From positions 1 through 61,084 of IMG/VR virus record IMGVR_UViG_3300037313_001227: a DNA stretch of 61,084 nt, one strand, 5' to 3'. Positions within the stretch are counted from its first letter, which is position 1. The number at the start of each line of letters is the position of its first letter. Position numbers and translations under genes: made by a program. The notes beneath the pieces were generated by a model that was not told where the DNA came from, did not search any database, and saw only the letters and a program-made list of their open reading frames with translations. Positions 35,962 through 44,705 of the stretch are shown here, in pieces. This DNA comes from a virus. Lineage: Duplodnaviria; Caudoviricetes.

Positions 35962-38029
35962 CGTTCAGTCCAATCTCGAGAATTTGCAACGCGGCGTTGG
36001 CCGTCTGGGCGTCGGCCGCGGCCGAGTTTTTCTGCCCCTGCGTGATGTTCTTGTACGCATTGGCCAAGTTGAGCCGCTCCTCCGACTCCTGCAGCCGCTT
36101 GGCGAGGTCGGCCATCAGCGCCGCCTGCTGGCTGCGCGCGTCCTTCTTGCGCTCGGCCTCTTCCTCGGGGAGCAGCAGCGAGCACATGTCGCGCACCGCG
36201 AAGCGCTGCTCCATGAACTTGCGCTCGTCAACGTGATCGCGCTCCTCGGGCGTCATGGTCTGCGCCAGCATGTCGAGCTGCATGCCACGGACCTCTTTGG
36301 CGATGAGGCTCGTCGCACCGCGGGCAATGACGTTGAAGTCGCCCTCGGCCGCGAGGCCCGGGTTGAACTTCTTGTTGAACTGCACGAGGCTCAGGATCAC
36401 CGACTGCTTGTAGGTGTCGAAATTGCGGACGATGTCCTTGAACGGCAGCGCCGCGTCGCCCCGCAGCATCGACGCGCCGGCGGCGGTGCGCATCGGCTCC
36501 GACGGGGTCTTGGCGACATCGCCGCCGGTGGCCGGACCGACGAACGTCTCGAGGTCGGCGATGTCCATGAACAGCTTGATCAGGCTCTCGAGCTCGGCCA
36601 GGTGGCCGTCGATCTCGACCTTGCGCACCGCCGGGAACTGCGCCGTCAGCCCCTCGTCGTCACGGTACCAGATCTTGTACGCCTCGATCGCGGTCAGGTC
36701 CTGGTCGGCGCGCAGCAGCGCGGTGTTGAGCTCGAGGTTGGGCCCGCAGGTGATGCTGGCGTTATCGAGCGCCATTCGGGTCGCGGCGCAAATCGACATC
36801 TGGCTGTCGCGCACCACGTTGGGTAAGCCGTTGCCGATCGGCGAGGTATCGTCCTCGTCGAACACGAAGGTGTGGACGGTCTTCACCTCGAGCCCGAGCT
36901 TGCGCCACGGGTTCATGTCGGCCTTGATCACGTTGCCGTCGATCAACCACACCTCGGCCTCGACGTCGTCGGCCTTCTTGTCCTCGGGAACGTCGGCGCC
37001 GAGCTGGATCAGCTTGTTGGCGCTGACCGGGCCCTTCCACACGATGATCTCGTACTTCGACTGGTCCTGCTTGGGCACGTCGTTGATGTTCGACTTGGTA
37101 CCCATCGTGCGGAGGTCGGTCTCGAACTCGCGCGGCTTGTAGTTCCCGGTCTGGTTGTTCTTGAGGTACTTCTTGATCTCGTCACCGAAGAAATCGGCTC
37201 GGTCGGCCAGCTTGCGCACCTGCGCACGGCCCATGACTTTACGAATGAAGTATCCTTCGCCGGGCAGCGAGCGGCCGCTCATGTCGGGGTAGAAATCCCA
37301 CACCGAGCAGAAGTCGAACTGCGGCTTGCGGATGGTCCGCACCAACGGCTTGAACGTCCCGTCCTGGGTCGACATCCAGCCGGTGCGCTGCTCGGTGCGG
37401 ACATACGGCCCCTCAAGCACGCCCAGCCCGTAGAGGATGCCCGACTGGGCCACCTTGCGGTCGATCGCGATGATGTCGAGCGTCTGGTCGCCGCCGATCT
37501 CCTGCAGCTGGTCGTCGATCAGCTCGGACAGCTCGTAAGCGCGCTTGTCGGCCAGGCGCTGCACCGCGACGTCGATCATTTCCATCGACGGGGTCGTGTC
37601 GAGACCCTCCTTCTGGCGCTCCTGGATCAGCTCCTGGACCGCCTGGGCGACGTCCTGGGGGTCCATCTCGGCGTTGGGCGACGCCTGCAGCTCCCAGTTC
37701 TGCTCATTGCCGGGGTACATCAGGTTCATGATGCGGCTGAGCATGCTGATGCACTTGACGCGGGTGATGCGCGGGTAGGCACGGCTGCGGTTGGCGCCGA
37801 GCTGGCCGTCGATCTCGGGATCGTACAGCCCGAGATACTGGCGCAGATTGCGCACCCACTTGAGCTCGGTCAACCGGCGATCCTGCGCGAACTGATCGAA
37901 CGTCCGCTTGAGCTCCTGTCCCAGGTTGCGCAGCACGGCCGAGTCGATCTTGCGCACCGGAGCGGCGCCTTCGACGACGACCGCCGGCGGTGACGGATCC
38001 TGCGGTTGGACCGGTGCAGCGCTAGCCAT
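35915..38029 (-). CDS. portal protein
   Basis: Follows the terminase; YG.GV.EGP, WDFYPD, GNGLP..VRDSQ, TAAGASML. Confidence 0.85.
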   Translation of the reverse strand: MASAAPVQPQDPSPPAVVVEGAAPVRKIDSAVLRNLGQELKRTFDQFAQDRRLTELKWVRNLRQYLGLYDPEIDGQLGANRSRAYPRITRVKCISMLSRIMNLMYPGNEQNWELQASPNAEMDPQDVAQAVQELIQERQKEGLDTTPSMEMIDVAVQRLADKRAYELSELIDDQLQEIGGDQTLDIIAIDRKVAQSGILYGLGVLEGPYVRTEQRTGWMSTQDGTFKPLVRTIRKPQFDFCSVWDFYPDMSGRSLPGEGYFIRKVMGRAQVRKLADRADFFGDEIKKYLKNNQTGNYKPREFETDLRTMGTKSNINDVPKQDQSKYEIIVWKGPVSANKLIQLGADVPEDKKADDVEAEVWLIDGNVIKADMNPWRKLGLEVKTVHTFVFDEDDTSPIGNGLPNVVRDSQMSICAATRMALDNASITCGPNLELNTALLRADQDLTAIEAYKIWYRDDEGLTAQFPAVRKVEIDGHLAELESLIKLFMDIADLETFVGPATGGDVAKTPSEPMRTAAGASMLRGDAALPFKDIVRNFDTYKQSVILSLVQFNKKFNPGLAAEGDFNVIARGATSLIAKEVRGMQLDMLAQTMTPEERDHVDERKFMEQRFAVRDMCSLLLPEEEAERKKDARSQQAALMADLAKRLQESEERLNLANAYKNITQGQKNSAAADAQTANAALQILEIGLNGDETGSQGKSGKAGE

Positions 38030-38037
38030 TATCCCCC

Positions 38038-39528
38038 CTATCGCACGTGGTACGCGCGGCCACTGAAGGACCGCGGCGGTACGAACGGCTTTACCCCGGC
38101 GGCCATATATCGCGCATCTTTGCCGGCTTGTCGATGGTAGTAGCGTGCGAGATAGCCGAAGGCATCGCCGGGGTGGGAGTAAGGGTTCTTCTCGGGCGCC
38201 GCATCGGCCTTCAAATTCTCGTTCTTGTCGAGCGCGTAGCGCCAGCCGCCTTTCAGCGCGCGCAGCAGCACCGGGCACTCCTTGGCATCGACCAGCAGCG
38301 CAGGCTTGCCGTCGACCAGGCGGGTGGTGAAGTGCTCGATCGCATCGAGCCGCAAGGGCAGTCGGTTGTTGCTTTCGACCTTGACGTTGAAGTGCTTCTT
38401 GAGGATGTCGACCGCGGTCTTCTCGTCATTCTGCGCGCGGTTGGCTGCGGCCGGATCCGGCGCGACGATGAAGTTGCTCATGTCGAGCAGCGGGAAGCGC
38501 CGCTTGAGGTAGGGCTTCAATTTCTCGCTGATGAAGCGGGTCGTGCCGTAACCGGTCTGGACCAGCTCGCCAAGCACCAGCAGGCGCCCGTCGAGGTCCT
38601 CCTGGCCGAAGATCATCGCCGACCCGCCGAGCCCGGGATCGAACCCGCCGATCAGCGGCAGATTGGGGTTGTAGTTGAGCGCCGCTCTGGCAACGTGCAG
38701 CTCGGGCTTGAAGGTCGGCACCACCGGCTTGCCGCTGATCGAATAGCCCCACTGGGTCTCGAGGAACTGCTTGACCCAGGCTTCCGACTTACCCTTGGCC
38801 TGGTTGGTGTAATAGGCCGGCCCACCCGGCAAATTCTCGACATTCTCGGCGTCGGGGTTGGACGTGCCATCGCTCAACAGGCCCGGCGGCTGGAGGAAAT
38901 AGCGGGCGTTGCGCTGTGCCAATCCCAGCGGATTTTCGCCCGGCTGCAGGTGAATGGTCGCATCGTGCAGGTGCTCGAACCACCAATTGTCCTCGGTCGA
39001 CGGGTTACTTGACCCGAACATCGCCCAATTGGTCGCGCCGCCCATGATCGCACTCGGATAGCGCCCGCAGCGAGCCGAGAGCGCCTCAACAATCTGCTTG
39101 GGGATCTCCACGAACTCGTCGATGAGTGCGAAGGTCACTTCGAGCGACAGCACGCGCGCGACGTCCTCGGGCCGGTCGAGCGGCCGGAACAGCACCTCGC
39201 ACTCGACATCGTCGAACTTGAGCACGAATTTCCAGTCGGTCGCGTGCCATTTGCCGGCCTGGCCGTCCTTGAACCAGTAATTCCAGCTGGAGAGCGTGGT
39301 GTCCCTAAGCTGCGGCAAGGTGTTGCGAACGACCACCGCGCGCGACCGGCGCACGCCGTCAGGACCCGGCGCCTGCAACTTCGCCATATAGACCAATTTG
39401 AAAAACAGTCCGGTGGTCTTGCCCGAGCCGACCGGACCCACGATCCACGAGTAGCTTAGTGCTCCCGGAATGTAGTTCTTGATGAACTCCCGGACAGTGG
39501 GCGGCGGGGTGTACTGGATCGTCGCCAT
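38038..39528 (-). CDS. terminase large subunit
   Basis: GPVGSGKT Walker A, VVRNT..QL, ALIDE Walker B, GFDPG nuclease motif, SH..DA..Y. Confidence 0.92.
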   Translation of the reverse strand: MATIQYTPPPTVREFIKNYIPGALSYSWIVGPVGSGKTTGLFFKLVYMAKLQAPGPDGVRRSRAVVVRNTLPQLRDTTLSSWNYWFKDGQAGKWHATDWKFVLKFDDVECEVLFRPLDRPEDVARVLSLEVTFALIDEFVEIPKQIVEALSARCGRYPSAIMGGATNWAMFGSSNPSTEDNWWFEHLHDATIHLQPGENPLGLAQRNARYFLQPPGLLSDGTSNPDAENVENLPGGPAYYTNQAKGKSEAWVKQFLETQWGYSISGKPVVPTFKPELHVARAALNYNPNLPLIGGFDPGLGGSAMIFGQEDLDGRLLVLGELVQTGYGTTRFISEKLKPYLKRRFPLLDMSNFIVAPDPAAANRAQNDEKTAVDILKKHFNVKVESNNRLPLRLDAIEHFTTRLVDGKPALLVDAKECPVLLRALKGGWRYALDKNENLKADAAPEKNPYSHPGDAFGYLARYYHRQAGKDARYMAAGVKPFVPPRSFSGRAYHVR

Positions 39529-39716
39529 CAGCTGGTGAAGCTCGGATCTTCCGAGGTCCAGTTCCACTGCGGGGTCCACGACTTTGCCAAACTGTTCGGG
39601 CTGCCGACCCACGCGGGTGGGCTAAGCTCGCTGTTGCACGCGCCGCAGGCGTTGATCTTGGGCGCCCACACCCGGCTGCACCTGGGGCATTCCCAGCCCT
39701 GTGCGCGAACGGTCAT
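39528..39716 (-). CDS. small zinc-ribbon protein
   Basis: GWECPRC.RVWAP...C..C. Confidence 0.65.
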   Translation of the reverse strand: MTVRAQGWECPRCSRVWAPKINACGACNSELSPPAWVGSPNSLAKSWTPQWNWTSEDPSFTS

Positions 39717-40066
39717 TTGGCCCCCCACTTTTCTTTCATCCGGCGCTGCCACTCTTCGCGCTCTTCCGCCGAGCGTACCCGGTACACTGGGATCGTCAGC
39801 TGCCAGGCAGCGTCGAACTCGGTGCGGTCGTCCGGTACGTGCCAACCGTAAAACTTGATCCCACCCTCACCGGCGTTCTGCACGCCCGGCCGGCGCGCAT
39901 AGACCTTGTAGCCCTTGTCGCTCGGCTCGAACTCGTAGCCTTCCTCGCGCTGCTGGTAGCGGTACATGATGTCGATCATGTCGTCGGGATGCAACGACCC
40001 GCAGTAGCTACAGGTACGGTCACCGTTGGGCTCGGTGCACCAGGTATACGGTTGAGGACAACTCAT
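39713..40066 (-). CDS. hypothetical protein
   Basis: CSYCGSLHP; ATGA coupling. Confidence 0.6.
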   Translation of the reverse strand: MSCPQPYTWCTEPNGDRTCSYCGSLHPDDMIDIMYRYQQREEGYEFEPSDKGYKVYARRPGVQNAGEGGIKFYGWHVPDDRTEFDAAWQLTIPVYRVRSAEEREEWQRRMKEKWGAK

Positions 40067-40242
40067 GCCCGGTCGTCCTCGTAGTTCTGCATGAAAGTCA
40101 GCACCATGCGCTCGGCCTCGTCGTCGAGCTCGTCGCCGCGCTCGAGTTTGTACATGAGGTTGGGGTCGTTGACCGTGAGCCGGCCGAACGTCTCGGGGTG
40201 GATCCCGGTGTACTTGAGAAAGCGCTGGATGAGCTCGAACAT
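40063..40242 (-). CDS. small HTH-like protein
   Basis: I.RFL..TG..P.TFGR...NDP.L...L.RG pattern. Confidence 0.6.
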   Translation of the reverse strand: MFELIQRFLKYTGIHPETFGRLTVNDPNLMYKLERGDELDDEAERMVLTFMQNYEDDRA

Positions 40243-40243
40243 G

Positions 40244-40669
40244 TCATAAGTTGATCTGGATGTTGAGCTGGTTGCCGGCGCCGGCCGCGGCGGCGTCTTT
40301 CGCATCGTATCCAGCCCAGCGGGCGGTTGCCTTAATGAGATCAGCCTTGACCGAGCTCGGGACCTCGTCGATCGGTGCATGGATCAGCCTCCAGCTGGTC
40401 TTGAGCAACTCCTCGGCCTGGAGGCGGGCCTTCAGCTTGAAACTCATCCCTTCTTCCTTGACCATCTGCACCGCGGCAGCGAGGTCGGCCAGGAACTCGG
40501 GGTTGTCGCGCAGCGCCGACCACTCCTCGGGCGAGTAGCCATAGGCGTCGCGAATGTCGGACATCGGTGCGGTCTTGAGAGCAATCTCGATCGGGAGCGT
40601 CGGCGGCCAGCCGATCTCGGCCGGGTCACGACCCGGGTCGTAATTCCTGATGGTTGCCAGATCCCCCAC
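40244..40669 (-). CDS. putative terminase small subunit
   Basis: Size; HTH-like start; helical core; ends LNIQINL; upstream of the large subunit. Confidence 0.65.
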   Translation of the reverse strand: MGDLATIRNYDPGRDPAEIGWPPTLPIEIALKTAPMSDIRDAYGYSPEEWSALRDNPEFLADLAAAVQMVKEEGMSFKLKARLQAEELLKTSWRLIHAPIDEVPSSVKADLIKATARWAGYDAKDAAAAGAGNQLNIQINL

Positions 40670-40886
40670 GCGATACGTCCCCCCGTGAACGACGCCTGGT
40701 CAGCCACTCGCCACCCACCTCGCGCTGCGGCCCATGAATAACCGTCTGGCGAGCCTAAGCCTTGTCCGCTGTGGCGTCGTTCAGGGATTTAATATCAGGG
40801 GCTTGCGGGTGCGGTCAATCGCGCGCATAAGGATCTCGACCTGGCGTTACGCACGCGTTCGGTCACTCTCTTCCAATGTCACGACT

Positions 40887-40916
40887 GGCCCCCGGAGAAA
40901 TCCGGGGGCCTTTTTC
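40887..40916 (+). terminator. Rho-independent terminator oriented for + strand transcripts
   Basis: GGCCCCCGGA-GAAA-TCCGGGGGCC-TTTTT. Confidence 0.75.
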
Positions 40917-40918
40917 GT

Positions 40919-41221
40919 TTAGAGATCGTATTTGGCGACGGTGGCGCCGGCCTCGTTCATGACCCAGAGCGTTGGACGAGGATGCTGCTGCCCTGGCTTC
41001 ACATCCTCACCATTGGGATCGTGGAACGGGCCAAATGTCATTGGCAAGTAGCCATCGGATCTTCCACGAATGCCGTGCACTTCGATGTACCCGTTATCGT
41101 CTCGAGCCTGATTGACGACCTCGAACGGGCCGTGACAACTCTCGCACTCATCGTAGAATTTCGGGCCATCGACCGGTTGCGTCTTGGCCGGCGTGTAATA
41201 GCGGTATTTGATCGTGAACAT
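40919..41221 (-). CDS. hypothetical protein
   Basis: AGGAGAAG RBS; ends WVMNEAGATVAKY. Confidence 0.65.
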   Translation of the reverse strand: MFTIKYRYYTPAKTQPVDGPKFYDECESCHGPFEVVNQARDDNGYIEVHGIRGRSDGYLPMTFGPFHDPNGEDVKPGQQHPRPTLWVMNEAGATVAKYDL

Positions 41222-41313
41222 GGTTCTTCTCCTGCTTCGTCGAACGGGGCGGCGGGTCCCTCGGGGGCACCGAGTTGACACCGCCCCTGCCTCACATCGC
41301 TGCAAGACCCGGA

Positions 41314-41342
41314 CAGACTGCGCTGGGTTCGGCTGGGTGTCA
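41314..41342 (-). promoter_or_regulatory. sigma70-like leftward promoter
   Basis: Minus strand TTGACA-17 nt-CAGTCT with A/T tracts upstream. Confidence 0.45.
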
Positions 41343-41497
41343 ACCGGGAAAAAGTAGTAAAAAATTTTTGGAATGGGCTGAAAAAAAATCCCCACGCGAC
41401 GGAGAAGTGGACGGGGGCCTGCTCAAACCAAAAACCCCTTGGGGGCCTCGGGCCGGGAAAAGAATTACTATCTATCCGCGCCTGCTAGTATCGTTCC

Positions 41498-41560
41498 TGC
41501 TATAATGCGCTTGCCAGAACGGATTGGCCGTTCTGGGATTTTGTAAAAGGGATTAACAAA
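41498..41560 (+). promoter_or_regulatory. rightward extended -10 promoter followed by an inverted repeat and a palindrome copy
   Basis: TGCTATAAT; CCAGAACGG...CCGTTCTGG; TTTGTAAA-AGGGA-TTAACAAA abutting the ATG. Confidence 0.55.
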
Positions 41561-42244
41561 ATGGCTATCTCCAAGACTGACAAAGCCAAGGCGCTCGCAA
41601 CCAATGTCGGCCGCGTCTCATCGGCCGCGTTCAACTCAGGTGAGGCGCGGGCGCGCTTGCTCGCCACGGTTGCCGATGTGTGCGGCAAGAAGCCAACGCT
41701 ATCGCTCTACAACAGCGTCAAGCTGGCGGCTGTCGTTGGCTTCATGGCTTCGGCACTGGCGCGCAAGGGCGACAACCGCACGGAGGAAGCGCTCATCGCG
41801 CATTGCCGCGACCGCGTGCTCAACTATCAGGGCGCATCGGGCAAGGGCAAGCTGCGCGCCGGACAGAAGGGCCGCCGCACACAGACGGAGGAAGATGCTT
41901 ATGCGAGCGCTCGCGTGCTCTCCAGCCGCATCTTCGCCGATGCGGGTGTGACTGTGCCGGAGGCGCGCGGCGGCGACCGCTCCAAGACCGGCAAGAGCGC
42001 CGAGAACAAGAAGGGCGCGACCGGCAAGCAGACGCCCAAGAAGGATGCGGCGAACGACAAGCCAGCCGTGCGCACGTTCAAGTCGCCCGAAAAGATGGTC
42101 GCTTATGCGCTCATCCAAGGCAAAGCGATGCAAGCGACGCTCAACCGTTCGGCGGCACACACGCCCGAACGGCTCGGAACGGCGATCAATCACTTCCTTT
42201 CGGAAGTCATCGCGGTCGCGCAGGAACTCGGACTGCAAGCGTAA
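41561..42244 (+). CDS. basic hypothetical early protein
   Basis: Lys/Ala/Arg-rich ORF with its own promoter and terminator. Confidence 0.7.
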   Translation: MAISKTDKAKALATNVGRVSSAAFNSGEARARLLATVADVCGKKPTLSLYNSVKLAAVVGFMASALARKGDNRTEEALIAHCRDRVLNYQGASGKGKLRAGQKGRRTQTEEDAYASARVLSSRIFADAGVTVPEARGGDRSKTGKSAENKKGATGKQTPKKDAANDKPAVRTFKSPEKMVAYALIQGKAMQATLNRSAAHTPERLGTAINHFLSEVIAVAQELGLQA

Positions 42245-42253
42245 CCTCTCGCG

Positions 42254-42285
42254 AAGGGAGCGGCTTTCGCCGCTCCCTTTTTTTG
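42254..42285 (+). terminator. Rho-independent terminator
   Basis: AAGGGAGCGGC-TTTC-GCCGCTCCCTT followed by a T run. Confidence 0.85.
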
Positions 42286-42399
42286 CCTTTTGTAAACGCC
42301 GTTCACAAAGCCCAGGTGCGCGGCACAGTAGTAGTTAATTCGTTTGGCCTGTTAAATGCAAAACGGTTAACGCGTGGTGATTTTGCGGTAGAGAAACTG

Positions 42400-42900
42400 T
42401 TTTACCATCCAACTATCCAACTTTTCCACCAAGGGCTTTACTGAAATCCAAAAAATTAAGCCAGTTATCGGATAGCACTCCAGTTGGCGGCTTAAGTGCT
42501 GGTGTTCATCGAATTGTCCGCTCGGGACACCACAGGTGCTTGAGTGGTTCGTTTACCGCTGTTAAATCCAAACTATCCAAACTATCCAAGTAAAAAAAAT
42601 AAGAACCCCTATGGACCATCGATGGTCCGGCTGGTGGGTGGATCGAGCCTGGTCCATAGGGGTCTATACTTCAAAATCCATGGATAGTTTGGATTTCCCG
42701 GATAGTATCAATGAAATCAATGACTTACGGGGGGGTTTAAAATCCAAAACGCCCTTACTGACATGGATTTCAGTAGCGTTTGTTCATACATTTACAACGA
42801 ACGGACCGCTCATTGACCTGAGCGGCGGAGCGCTTGCCCTCACAGAGAGAACAATACTCCACGAATGAGCGTTTTGTTAAACTCATTTACAAAGACATCA
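42400..42900. repeat. AT-rich non-coding tract with (T/A)ATCCAA repeats, a 13-bp inverted repeat and an IHF-consensus site (origin-like)
   Basis: ATCCAACTATCCAA, AATCCAAACTATCCAAACTATCCAA, TGGATAGTTTGGATT; CCCCTATGGACCA...TGGTCCATAGGGG; AATCAATGACTTA at 42715. Confidence 0.6.
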
Positions 42901-43012
42901 ATCCTGTAGCTTTACACCAAAGTTCTTCAGCGCGAAGTGCTAAATGTGCTTGATGGGTATGGATGTGACGTATATTGAGGCCTTGTTCAACCTCGAAGAA
43001 CAAGGATGTTTT

Positions 43013-43477
43013 ATGACAGAGTTCAGAGACCACCCTCTAGGGTCAGTAAGACACCGTCGACAGCTGCTCCGACTCCCGGCGACCTATTTCGCCAACCGCA
43101 TCGGCGTCACCGTCACCACATTCAACCGGTTCGAGCGCGGCGAGCGCCGCGCCTATTTCGATCAGGCCATCGCCATCGCTAAGGCGCTCGGCTGCACGCT
43201 CGAAGATCTTGGACGGCCTGTCACGCCTGAAGAAGAGTTCGAGCTGTTCAAGCGTGGCCAGCAGACGAAGCGCGGCACGCGTGACGACGGCATAGTAGTT
43301 GCCGCGGCCGATGATATTGATAACGTCGATACCCGCGAGCCAGAGCCGCCAGCACCACCTAAGCCAATGGCGGTGCCAGTAGACCCGTTCTACAGCGGGG
43401 ACGTTGCCGGTCAAAAGGCGGTGCTCGATCAGCTCTTGGCCGAATGGCCATCGAACAACGAGGAGGGCGCCGAGTGA
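43013..43477 (+). CDS. XRE-family HTH regulator
   Basis: FANRIGV...TFNRFERGER...IAKALGCTLEDL. Confidence 0.8.
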   Translation: MTEFRDHPLGSVRHRRQLLRLPATYFANRIGVTVTTFNRFERGERRAYFDQAIAIAKALGCTLEDLGRPVTPEEEFELFKRGQQTKRGTRDDGIVVAAADDIDNVDTREPEPPAPPKPMAVPVDPFYSGDVAGQKAVLDQLLAEWPSNNEEGAE

Positions 43478-43689
43478 TGCGCCGCACTGCCGCAATCACC
43501 AAGGTCACGCTGGTGCGCTACCACATGGACAAGGCCGATCGCTTCAAGGCGGCGCTGGAGTCGTTCGATCAGCCCGACGACGGCCCCACGTTCGGCGTGC
43601 TCACTGATAAGCAGCGCGCGAGGCACCTGAAAGACCTGGCCTCGAAACACGCGTTCCACGAGGCCGCTGTCGAGCTGTTGCTGCAATGA
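43477..43689 (+). CDS. hypothetical protein
   Basis: TGATG coupling. Confidence 0.55.
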   Translation: MRRTAAITKVTLVRYHMDKADRFKAALESFDQPDDGPTFGVLTDKQRARHLKDLASKHAFHEAAVELLLQ

Positions 43690-43958
43690 GCGCGGACGAC
43701 AGCGCGCTCAAGGAGCGCATCGACGCAGCCGAGGCTGAAGTCGCCAACGCATCGCAGCACCTATCCTCGTGGTGCATGTGCTTGGGCATGTCGGGCAATA
43801 CCGGCTACTCGTCTCCGCAGAGCGAGTTGTGGCAGGCGATCATGGAATATGCGCGCGCCGCGGCCCGGCTCGAGATGCTGCGCATCCTGTCCAACGAGGA
43901 CTTTTTCCTCGCGGTCAGTCACTCGGCTGGAAAGCTGAACGGACACCCCTCTCAATAG
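43686..43958 (+). CDS. hypothetical protein
   Basis: ATGA coupling. Confidence 0.55.
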   Translation: MSADDSALKERIDAAEAEVANASQHLSSWCMCLGMSGNTGYSSPQSELWQAIMEYARAAARLEMLRILSNEDFFLAVSHSAGKLNGHPSQ

Positions 43959-43965
43959 TAAAGGG

Positions 43966-43994
43966 TTGACTTTACCGTCATTTTGTGCTACACT
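43966..43994 (+). promoter_or_regulatory. strong sigma70-like early promoter
   Basis: TTGACT-17 nt-TACACT with a TG extension. Confidence 0.75.
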
Positions 43995-44095
43995 TCAACA
44001 ATGGGAAAGCGTCTCGAGTTTCCCCGCTCAACCCCCCGCTCGGGGCGCTTTCCCTACCGAGTGACTTTAGTGATTTTGTGAACGGAGTTAGCAAA

Positions 44096-44263
44096 ATGAC
44101 CAAACGTTTCGACCCTATCCAAGACGCCATCCGTTGGGCCTGTCGCCAGCGCGACGTGGCCCGCGACCATGGCTTCAATGACGTCGCTGCCTTCTGGCAG
44201 AGCGAGCTCGACCTGCTCCGCTCGCGCGTCCCGGCCAAGCCGATCGACGTGGTGCTCTCGTGA
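44096..44263 (+). CDS. hypothetical protein (55 aa)
   Basis: GGAG RBS inside a palindrome copy, ATG directly after. Confidence 0.6.
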   Translation: MTKRFDPIQDAIRWACRQRDVARDHGFNDVAAFWQSELDLLRSRVPAKPIDVVLS

Positions 44264-44415
44264 ACGCGCCAATCATTGCCATCACCGGCTTGGCGCTGGT
44301 CCTGATGCTCGCGTGCCTCGATAGAGAGCTTGGGCGCATCCACCACGATCTGGCGATGGCCAATTGCATCGCAATGGCCGAGCACGCGATCACCTGTCCG
44401 GAGGCGAAGCAATGA
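44260..44415 (+). CDS. small membrane protein (51 aa)
   Basis: Hydrophobic N-terminus; GTGA/ATGA coupling. Confidence 0.5.
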   Translation: MNAPIIAITGLALVLMLACLDRELGRIHHDLAMANCIAMAEHAITCPEAKQ

Positions 44416-44495
44416 CCGTCCTCATCGCCCTCATCCTGATGCTCGCGGTGTGCGGCGCAGTCCTCGTCGCCGACGCCTTTGTGAACGGGAGTTAG
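44412..44495 (+). CDS. micro membrane peptide (27 aa)
   Basis: MTVLIALILMLAVCGAVLVADAFVNGS; GGAGG RBS. Confidence 0.5.
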   Translation: MTVLIALILMLAVCGAVLVADAFVNGS

Positions 44496-44499
44496 CAAA

Positions 44500-44628
44500 A
44501 TGAGACTGTATCTTAGCGGCGCACTGTTCGGTGTGCCAGTGGCGGCCGTTTTGCTGGGCGACGTTACCGCTATGCTGGTGACGCTCTCCATAGCTTTAGC
44601 TGCGACCTATGTCGCTTGGAGGTATTGA
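44500..44628 (+). CDS. small membrane protein (42 aa)
   Basis: Almost entirely hydrophobic; GGGAG RBS inside a palindrome copy. Confidence 0.55.
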   Translation: MRLYLSGALFGVPVAAVLLGDVTAMLVTLSIALAATYVAWRY

Positions 44629-44705
44629 TGCCCTTGGCAATCTGCACGTTCATCGTCGTCCTCACTTTACTGGTCTACTTCGACCCAACCGGGGAGTGGC
44701 ACTAA
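44628..44705 (+). CDS. micro membrane peptide (25 aa)
   Basis: MPLAICTFIVVLTLLVYFDPTGEWH; GGAGG RBS; TGATG/TAATG coupling. Confidence 0.5.
   Translation: MPLAICTFIVVLTLLVYFDPTGEWH

Noticed and set aside
38030-38278. Long N-terminal extension of the portal ORF in the track (similar extensions at 39612, 20129, 24450 and 41395)
   Set aside because: The extensions overlap upstream genes or promoters; downstream ATGs with an RBS or stop-start coupling fit better.
40690-41500. tRNA or known riboswitch in the intergenic gaps
   Set aside because: No cloverleaf, T-loop/CCA arrangement or recognisable aptamer consensus by eye.
42611-42868. 85-aa ORF in the AT-rich tract
   Set aside because: No RBS, atypical codons, and it overlaps the repeats and inverted repeat; more likely non-coding.
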